Source: Prochlorococcus sp. AH-716-K03 (lineage in GTDB: Bacteria; Cyanobacteriota; Cyanobacteriia; PCC-6307; Cyanobiaceae). From it: a DNA stretch of 64,000 nt. The stretch is from the NCBI GenBank assembly GCA_028408675.1, contig JAOOLH010000001.1, positions 57,975 through 121,974 on the forward strand, given 5' to 3'. The position numbers were made by a program, and so were the translations under genes. This document shows, one piece after another, positions 56,277-63,400 of this stretch; position 1 is the first letter of the stretch; the number at the start of each line of letters is the position of its first letter. Under the pieces are notes generated by a model. That model did no database searches. It was not told the origin of the DNA and saw only the letters and a program-made list of their open reading frames with translations.

Positions 56277-56863
56277 TGGATACCTACTACAGCGTTTAGT
56301 TCTCTTTTTACTATTGTTGAAACTGTTGATCGACTCATACCCATTGCTTTAGCAATCTGTCCATATCCCTGTCCTAAGTCTCTCTTGTGCATTATTTCTT
56401 GTATTTGATATTTGTCGTACTTTCTTTTTGCACCAAATTTAACCCCTTTAGATAATGCAACCGACCTGCCTTCCGCTGTACGAGTTTTGATTTGTTCCAA
56501 TTCTTGAGATGCGGCATATCCCAATATTGAAACTATCAACATTGTTATCTCTTTTGGCATGGCGGTAGTATCCAATCTGCCATCGAGAGTTTTAATGTGC
56601 ATCCCTCTTTCAAGTAATTTGCTTACTTCATTGACCATGCCAATGAAACTTCGGGATAACCTTGATAATTCACTTAGCACTAGGGTGCTTCCAGACTCCA
56701 TTTCGTTCAGTAATGCAGTTAGTTCTGGTCTTGAATTGAAATCTGATGTCCCTGTGATTTTATCCCCTCTAATTACCTGGCAATTTGCATCTTTTAATGC
56801 ACGGATTTGACGTTCTTCATGCTGTTCAGTAGTGCTACAGCGAAAATAACCATACAGAGTCAT
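56273..56863 (-). CDS. Small serine recombinase (resolvase/invertase) with C-terminal HTH
   Basis: YGYFRCST..Q (catalytic Ser), SRPEL, LSRLSRS, GVKFG, QIAKAMGMSRSTV. Confidence 0.92.
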   Translation of the reverse strand: MTLYGYFRCSTTEQHEERQIRALKDANCQVIRGDKITGTSDFNSRPELTALLNEMESGSTLVLSELSRLSRSFIGMVNEVSKLLERGMHIKTLDGRLDTTAMPKEITMLIVSILGYAASQELEQIKTRTAEGRSVALSKGVKFGAKRKYDKYQIQEIMHKRDLGQGYGQIAKAMGMSRSTVSTIVKRELNAVVGIQ

Positions 56864-56888
56864 TTTTTAATCCCCATTTTTCGGAAAA

Positions 56889-56912
56889 TGTAGAGAAAAT
56901 CTCTTCTCTACG
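56889..56912. promoter_or_regulatory. Palindromic site TGTAGAGA-N8-TCTCTACG upstream of the resolvase
   Basis: Third copy of the element palindrome, 26 bp upstream of the resolvase start. Confidence 0.6.
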
Positions 56913-57224
56913 CATGCCTGTATGCTAACTCATTTTCGTACGGCAATCTCGTACGAGCAGACACTAGTATTTTCAGCACATTAGCAAGTGTTCGATAACT
57001 TAAAACATGTCGTACATATGCCATATCAACCATGTGAACATAGAGTGAATATGGAAAGTGAATATAAAGTGATATCTCTACTAAAGTATCGCTATAAACC
57101 TTTTTCACTGAGAATAGGCGTCATTACTGGGTTTCCCGTGCGTTTCCCGTGAGAAAATATGTGTTATACTACCTTCAAATACATTGCTACGACTGTGTTT
57201 TCAGATGCAACTTTTGACGGTACT

Positions 57225-58212
57225 ATTGAGTGGGAATAAACCATAAGGTCAAAGTGTAGTCATATCATCATTCTTGCAGTTTGTTGCGAGTTTGTTTTCT
57301 TAAAAAGTTAAGACAAGATGACAATATAACTACGATTTTATTTCGTATGTTTGTTGCGGGTTTAGTTTGTCACTTTGTCATCGTCTTTATGAAGAGATCA
57401 ATTTGTAATTAGTTTCTTCACACTAAACAATTCCATAATTATGGATTCAAAAGGTAAAAACATTTAGTCATTTTTATTTTAAAAAATAGTATATTATCTT
57501 TGAAAAATTTTAAAGTTAATGCCTCTAATTAATCTTATATAAGGTTTATTTTTAAAAACTATCAATATGAAAATGGACCTTGTCTATATGTCTCTGTGTC
57601 ATAAGGGTTAGTGTTTTGTCTATAAGTATCTCTGTCATAAGGATTAGTGTTTTGTCTATAAGTATCTCTGTCGTAGGGATTATTATTTTGCCTATAAGTA
57701 TCTCTGTCATAGGGATTATTATTTTGCCTATAAGTATCTCTGTCATAGGGATTATTGTTTTGTCGATAACTATCTCGGTCATATGGATTATATGGATACG
57801 CATAAACACTTCCGGGGATTAATCCAAATAAAAAAATACTTGTTATAAAAATTAGTGTCTTTATAGTCATAAGAAATAATTTTAATTATCAACAGTATAT
57901 GCATATTTTTAAAGATTGTTTTTACACATTTAAAATTCAGTGAACTTATTAAATATTCTGCAGGATCTGCTGCAAAGGCAAAAGGAAATCATCAGGTAGA
58001 TATCAATGGTAATAGAAATAAAATGGTTTAATGACAAGTTAATATTTAATTGATTTTCTATACACTTAAATCAATAAGTATCGTTCAAAAGTATAAAGAA
58101 TTATGGGTTTAACTTTGTTGCGGGTTTGTTGCGAAATACCTAACTTAATCCAAGTCAGTCATATCAGTCAAAGTGGAGTGGTCTTTTTGGGTGGTTCTAT
58201 TGAGTGGGAATA
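57225..58212. mobile_element. Integrase-less att-bounded cassette (module 2, about 0.97 kb)
   Basis: Cores at 57225 and 58199; TTTGTTGCG repeats at 57278, 57348 and 58112/58123. Confidence 0.78.
57562..57870 (-). CDS. Secreted 102-aa peptide-repeat protein (NPYDRDTYRQNN, about 6 copies)
   Basis: Signal peptide MTIKTLIFITSIFLFGLIPGSVYA followed by 36-bp tandem repeats. Confidence 0.75.
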   Translation of the reverse strand: MTIKTLIFITSIFLFGLIPGSVYAYPYNPYDRDSYRQNNNPYDRDTYRQNNNPYDRDTYRQNNNPYDRDTYRQNTNPYDRDTYRQNTNPYDTETYRQGPFSY

Positions 58213-59945
58213 AGAGATAGGGCATAAACCCTGTTATAGTCCCAAAAAGTAGGTTTCACATGGGTTTCACACGAGAATTTCTAAATCTGATGGCAAGGGA
58301 TTTTAATATGGAGGTTTCACATAGGTTTCACATATAAGTAACAATCTATCTCTATAAAGAAATCGTATGAATTCTGTTTTCGCTAAAGTTGATATATTAA
58401 TTAGAAGTAGATTTTGATATGAAAAAACGAACTGCTTTTATTGGTGCAATATTATCTTTAATTGCAATTGGGCAACCTTTATTAGTTAAAACAAGTCTCG
58501 TTTTATCTGGTTCCTTATTGATGTTGAGTGTTGATAAAAAAGTTAATGCGGAGAGTGCTGACTTTTTTATCAATAAAGGTATAACCAAATTTGAATCAGG
58601 AGACTATGACGGGGCATTTAAAGATTTTGCAAAAGCATTAAAAATAAATCCACAAGATGGTAATGCTTATTTTTTAAGAGGTTTAGCGCAAGCGTATTTG
58701 GGATTTGATAAAAAGGCAATAGTTGATTTTTCTAGGGCAATAGAAATTATTCCTGATAATTCAGAATACTTTTATGAGCGTGGAGTTTCTAAATTTAATT
58801 TAAAACTTTATAAAGAAGCAATAGTTGATTTTTCTAAGTCAATCAAAATAAATCCACAAAATACTAATTCATATTATGCAAGAGGTTTAGTAAAAGGAGA
58901 TCTAGGATTATATGAAGAATCTATAGTTGATTTTTCTAAGGCAATAAAAATTGACCGAAACTATTCAGATGCTTACTATGATAGATCAATATCTAAAAGA
59001 AAGTTAGGCGATATTAAAGGATACGTTAAAGATTACAATATGGCATTGGAGATTGATTCAAAAAATAAAGTCAATATATCCGCGAAAGAAATAATTGACC
59101 AAGATTTATTGCAAAAATCTCCTAAAAGGAAAGTCTTGAATTCTATTTTGGGATTTAATAGTCAAACATATCAAAAACCTCTTAAATTTTATATACACGA
59201 TGAAACTGGAAAAATAAAACCCAAATCTTTACCTTCTTATGTTAATTATTCATTAGAAATTTCCGATGATGAAGAAAAATTTATTGTTGATACATTTTCC
59301 AAGATAGATTCATTTATAGATCTTGACTTTAAAAGAGTATATGCACCAAAAGAAGCAAGTATTATTATTTACCATACAAAAACTTTAAAAAAAGATAAGG
59401 GCGTTACTGCATCAAAATGGAAGGTTAAACCGTCAAAACTAATAATTGAAATTGCATGGATGAAAAGTGAAGTAATCAACCCAAAATTAAAGAATTATCC
59501 CTCTTTATCAGTAGATGATGCGCATGTATTAGTTCATGAGATTGGTCATGCCTTAGGACTAGAACATGCTGGTTGTGGGAAAGAATGTGATAATAATTTA
59601 GATCCTGATGACAGTCGATTTAATAATAGGGTTACAGTTATGTCTTATAACAATTTTTTATACCCAAAAGAAAAAAGTTTTTTTACATCAAACGACATTA
59701 AAGCATTAAGAAAAATATGGGGGGTTGAGAACAAAAACTAATTTTTCGCAATTAGTTTATTTAATTAAAACTCTTTATTTTTTAATATTTAGATCTGTTT
59801 TATCTTCTATTTTAAAAAAAGTATCACTCTAAAAAGGGTTTCACATGGGTTTCACACGAGATAATATTTTAAATTATGCCTTGAGATGTCCTGCTATGAC
59901 TAACTTTTTTTCTTGCTTTAATTTTAGGACTATAGAGTGGGAATA
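58199..59945. mobile_element. Integrase-less att-bounded cassette (module 3, about 1.73 kb)
   Basis: Cores at 58199 and 59935; GGTTTCACA repeat pairs at 58252, 58313 and 59837. Confidence 0.82.
58419..59741 (+). CDS. Exported TPR protein with C-terminal metzincin (M10-like) Zn protease domain
   Basis: Signal-like N-terminus, about 5 TPRs (DFSKAIKI.P), HEIGHALGLEH and Met-turn VMSY. Confidence 0.85.
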   Translation: MKKRTAFIGAILSLIAIGQPLLVKTSLVLSGSLLMLSVDKKVNAESADFFINKGITKFESGDYDGAFKDFAKALKINPQDGNAYFLRGLAQAYLGFDKKAIVDFSRAIEIIPDNSEYFYERGVSKFNLKLYKEAIVDFSKSIKINPQNTNSYYARGLVKGDLGLYEESIVDFSKAIKIDRNYSDAYYDRSISKRKLGDIKGYVKDYNMALEIDSKNKVNISAKEIIDQDLLQKSPKRKVLNSILGFNSQTYQKPLKFYIHDETGKIKPKSLPSYVNYSLEISDDEEKFIVDTFSKIDSFIDLDFKRVYAPKEASIIIYHTKTLKKDKGVTASKWKVKPSKLIIEIAWMKSEVINPKLKNYPSLSVDDAHVLVHEIGHALGLEHAGCGKECDNNLDPDDSRFNNRVTVMSYNNFLYPKEKSFFTSNDIKALRKIWGVENKN

Positions 59946-59957
59946 AACCAATTTTAA

Positions 59958-60047
59958 GAACCCAGTTATAACTTGAAAATATAGGTTTTACGTGAGAAAT
60001 AGTCAAAATAATGGTTATGTTATAGCAGTGCTTTTGGGAGATAAAAT
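59958..60047 (+). repeat. 90-bp exact direct repeat (second copy at 61964-62053)
   Basis: gaacccagttataacttgaaaat...gggagataaaat is identical at the left ends of modules 4 and 5. Confidence 0.9.
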
Positions 60048-60165
60048 ATAAAGCGGTTTTACGTGGTCTTACGCAGCACCTTTTCTCTGTCTTTTAAGAG
60101 AAATAGTATAGAGTCAATTTTCTCTACCAGTTGTGCATATGATGATAAATAGAAATTTTAAGTAT

Positions 60166-61776
60166 TTAATAGATTACGTCTTGAAATTGATCTGTTGCAG
60201 ATAATATCGATATAGCAGGTTTGAGCATATTTTTGTAGTTTTTCCATCCTCCTATAGATTTTGGATTAATTGGGGATCGGATTTGTACATCACTTGCAGT
60301 TAAAACTGTTCTTTGATTTTTATGAGGAGATAAATAATTTTTATTCCATTGCCATCCCAGCCACTTAATTAATGATTTAATTTTTAGTTCTGGATTAGTA
60401 ACTAATAAATCGTAATCCATTTCATAAATACTTGAACTGAATAGATTCTTATAAGTGTCCATTACTTTTTTGTGATTTAAATAAACTTTGGTGCAATCTA
60501 CTAGTGAGGAGGAATAGGAATTTCCAGTTGAAAAATTTGCTCTTGTAATAGAGAGAATATTATCTAAAGGGTTTCTTAAACAGTATATAATTTTTGAATT
60601 TGAGATTTGATTAGCAATAATTCCAGCGTATAGATAATTATATAACCATTTATTCGTAGTAATAGAAGAATTCATCCCTAATTCCTCTATTTTTTGAAAA
60701 TATAAATCAGTCAAGGAAAGTTCTTGATCATTTTTTATGCTTTCTTGATATGTTTTTTCAAATATGTTAATTTCTCCAAGATCTTGTACTTTTTCATTAA
60801 GACTAATAATTGATTCAACTAAAGTTGTTCCACTTCTTGGCATTCCTACGATAAAAATACTACAAGGGTATTTCTTTTCGTTTTTAAAATTTTTTCCAGT
60901 ATTGGATTTATTTAATAAAAAGTTTGATCGATTTATTAATGTATCAATATTTGAAGGATAAATCTTTAGTTTTAGTTGATTTGCAATTTGTAAATTTTCA
61001 GCACTTTCTTCATATCTTTTTTCTTTATGTAGAACGTTTGATCTTGCGAAATAAATTTCAATTTTATCTTTTTCATTCTTTTGTTCTAAAATTTTTTCTG
61101 AAAGTAAATATCTTTGCCAACTAATATCATCGCTATTAAAAGAAAGTTTTGAGAGTGAATAAAATGCTTTAACTAATGATGGATTAATTTCTATTGCTTT
61201 TCGAAGTAATATTTTTGCCTCTGCTAATTGTCCTTTGTTTTTTAAGATATCTCCAAGATTAGCGTGCGCAATACTTGATCTGGGGTCTATTTGTATTGCT
61301 TTTCTAAGCATTATTTCTGCTTCTTGGAATTTTTTCATTTCTCTCAAAACATTGCCTAGATTTACATATGCAAGAGCAAAATTAGGATTAATTTCAATTG
61401 CTTTTCGATGATATAATTCTGCCTCTTTAAAATTTTTAAGATCTTTTAATATAGATCCAAGATTTGAATGTGCACTATCGGAATTAGGATTAATTTCAAT
61501 TGCTTTTCTAAGCAATTTTTCTGCTTGTATTAAATTGCCTGAATTTTTTAAGATAAGTCCGTAGTTAGAAAAAATTCTGTAGTCATTAACTCCTGCTTCG
61601 ATACAATATTTGTAATATTTGAGAGCGTCCTTAATATTTCCTTTTGAGTGAGATGAGAATGCTTGATTAATTAGTTTTTCGGTATTTTTATAAATTTTTG
61701 TTTTTGAGTTTTGTTTTTTATTTTCATATTCATTTCCGAAACCTTTCATTTTTGAATTTTTAATCAACGAATACAT
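60166..61776 (-). CDS. TPR-repeat sulfotransferase family protein
   Basis: MKGFG N-terminal motif, RKAIEINP TPRs, IFIVGMPRSGTTL PAPS-binding loop, RNPLD, TASDVQIR. Confidence 0.88.
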   Translation of the reverse strand: MYSLIKNSKMKGFGNEYENKKQNSKTKIYKNTEKLINQAFSSHSKGNIKDALKYYKYCIEAGVNDYRIFSNYGLILKNSGNLIQAEKLLRKAIEINPNSDSAHSNLGSILKDLKNFKEAELYHRKAIEINPNFALAYVNLGNVLREMKKFQEAEIMLRKAIQIDPRSSIAHANLGDILKNKGQLAEAKILLRKAIEINPSLVKAFYSLSKLSFNSDDISWQRYLLSEKILEQKNEKDKIEIYFARSNVLHKEKRYEESAENLQIANQLKLKIYPSNIDTLINRSNFLLNKSNTGKNFKNEKKYPCSIFIVGMPRSGTTLVESIISLNEKVQDLGEINIFEKTYQESIKNDQELSLTDLYFQKIEELGMNSSITTNKWLYNYLYAGIIANQISNSKIIYCLRNPLDNILSITRANFSTGNSYSSSLVDCTKVYLNHKKVMDTYKNLFSSSIYEMDYDLLVTNPELKIKSLIKWLGWQWNKNYLSPHKNQRTVLTASDVQIRSPINPKSIGGWKNYKNMLKPAISILSATDQFQDVIY

Positions 61777-62387
61777 TTTTAATTTTAAGTTGAAATTAAA
61801 AACGATTTATCCATAATAAGATCATACTAGTAAAATAAAAACATAAAATATGGAGTTAACTTGTTTTACGTGAAAGTATTGCTGTCAACCAAGTCAATGA
61901 TACCAATACTTTTCAAGGATTAAAACTGCTTAGTTTTATTGAGCGGGAATAAACTGATTTGTTGAACCCAGTTATAACTTGAAAATATAGGTTTTACGTG
62001 AGAAATAGTCAAAATAATGGTTATGTTATAGCAGTGCTTTTGGGAGATAAAATTTGGTGAGGTTTTACGTAGCAACTTTTGCTGTCTCTTAAGGGAAATC
62101 GTATACAAACAATTCTCTCTACTGTTGATTATTTACCAATGACATTATTTAAATTATTAATTGACTCTTAATATCTATTAAGCAATAGGCAATACAAATA
62201 CTCAAAGAAAATAGAATGAAATTGCAGTAATTAATAAAAAAAGGAATGCATCTGGATGGAAATTGATCTCAACAAGTACGTCAATCTTAGAAACTAAAAA
62301 CTAGTGTTCAAATCTTCATCTATTTTGGGAAAAGAAATAGTAATTAATACTGTAGATATTTGTTCCTTTGTTCCATTAGATTATGTA

Positions 62388-62457
62388 TATCAGAAACTCC
62401 TCACACACTAATTTCTGATAAGTAAACATCCTTTTCTCTAAATTAGGGTGTTTTTTT
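62388..62457 (+). ncRNA. Yfr1/Yfr10-family sRNA
   Basis: Hallmark ACTCCTCACAC (62396-62406) in a tatcagaaa/tttctgata stem, followed by a terminator hairpin and T-run. Confidence 0.75.
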
Positions 62458-62555
62458 ATTGCCATATTTCTAAGAAAAGAGAACTGGCACATGTGACAGT
62501 TAAATAACATGCCATTTGTTCCTTCCACGAAAAAGAAATATATGGCATAATAAAT

Positions 62556-62653
62556 GTGTGTGTAGGAGAGGTTTTATTAAAACAGTGGAAACAAGGAAAC
62601 ACTTGAATTTGTAAAACCAGAAAAAGACCTCTATTGCTAGGGGTCTTTTTTTT
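62556..62653 (+). ncRNA. Yfr2-family (Yfr2-5) sRNA
   Basis: TGGCATAAT -10 element, 5' GTGTGTGTAGGAG, tandem GGAAACA-A-GGAAACA (62587-62601), terminator aaaaagacctcta...taggggtcttttt. Confidence 0.8.
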
Positions 62654-62899
62654 ACTCAATTTTTTCTAACGAATACTCAAATTTAAGCAAAACAAGGGGA
62701 CATGTCTTTACCCCCTTCGAGTTTTATGTACTCATTATCTAAAAAATAGGTGAGTGCCTTTGACTCCTCTATTCTTTATAATCCTTTCAATTAGAGAAAT
62801 ATATTGCTGACAGGCATAAAGCACTTCTACTCGAGTAATAATACTCTATTAATTTCAGTTCAATTGGAGGACAATATAGGTATAGATCAAGGAGGCCTT

Positions 62900-63082
62900 A
62901 TGAAATTATTTAATCAATTTAATATCCTTCCAAATTATCTAACTGCGTTTAACTATGCAGGTTTAAATCTGAATGAAACTCCAAAAGAACTTGAGAAATG
63001 TCCTGTAGAGTTTAAAACCTACTGGGAAAAAGAATGTAAAGACAATCCAACTAATCAAAATTGTTTAATCTATTGCGACTGA
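62900..63082 (+). CDS. 60-aa protein with a CP12-like C-terminal Cys motif
   Basis: AAGGAGG RBS, ATG at 62900; ends ECKDNPTNQNCLIYCD. Confidence 0.65.
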   Translation: MKLFNQFNILPNYLTAFNYAGLNLNETPKELEKCPVEFKTYWEKECKDNPTNQNCLIYCD

Positions 63083-63400
63083 GTAATTAATTTTTAGTAT
63101 TTCTAAAAAAATTGATCTAGATAGCGGTTTCAAACGGGTTTGATAGAGGAATTGACACTTCAAAGAAGTCAATGATACTTATGACTTTGAAGTATCAAAA
63201 TTGGGTGGAACTATTGAGTGGAAGTGATAGAAAAATTGCTTTACTCATGTTTTCAAATTCTAGGAGCATATTAAGATTCGCCAAGGTCGAAAGACTTGTA
63301 AACATAGATTTAATTAGAGATTTAAATGAATATTATTATGAATAATATTTTGGTAAAAAACTATTTATAATTTGAGAAATTATTGATTTAAATCAATATT

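Larger units (their letters stand above)
48898..57238. mobile_element. 8.3-kb integrative element at the guaA 3' end (module 1)
   Basis: Identical 14-bp ATTGAGTGGGAATA at 48898-48911 and 57225-57238; integrase next to attL; GTTTCCCGT repeat pairs at 48951, 49012 and 57130; visibly less AT-rich than the flanks. Confidence 0.92.
59935..61951. mobile_element. Integrase-less att-bounded cassette (module 4, about 2.0 kb)
   Basis: Cores at 59935 and 61938 (ATTGAGCGGGAATA); GTTTTACGTG at 59985, 60056 and 61863. Confidence 0.75.
61938..63223. mobile_element. Integrase-less cassette (module 5, about 1.28 kb; left and right arm words differ)
   Basis: Cores at 61938 and 63213 (ATTGAGTGGAA); left GGTTTTACGT at 61990 and 62061, right GGTTTCAAAC/GGTTTGATA at 63126. 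Confidence 0.65.

Noticed and set aside
48898-57238. Prophage or capsid-encoding satellite
   Set aside because: No capsid, terminase, portal, tail or Zot-like ATPase was recognised.
57580-57795. 36-bp repeats as a CRISPR array, or the alternative ORFs 57552-57809 and 57580-57822
   Set aside because: The repeats are contiguous with no spacers, and the frame with a signal peptide explains them; the other frames are repeat shadows.
62170-62335. Possible decayed small gene in module 5
   Set aside because: Coding-like fragments (SGWKLISTSTSIL) are interrupted by stops or frameshifts and cannot be assigned.
48898-63223. Recurring GAGTGGGAATA as a CRISPR array
   Set aside because: The repeats are only 11-14 bp, are spaced 1-8 kb apart, match the guaA end, and no cas operon is visible.
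57225-63223. Classical integron with attC sites
   Set aside because: No attC-like imperfect palindromes with RYYYAAC/GTTRRRY ends are seen; the boundaries are direct-repeat cores with arm-type repeats, and the integrase was not recognised as IntI.
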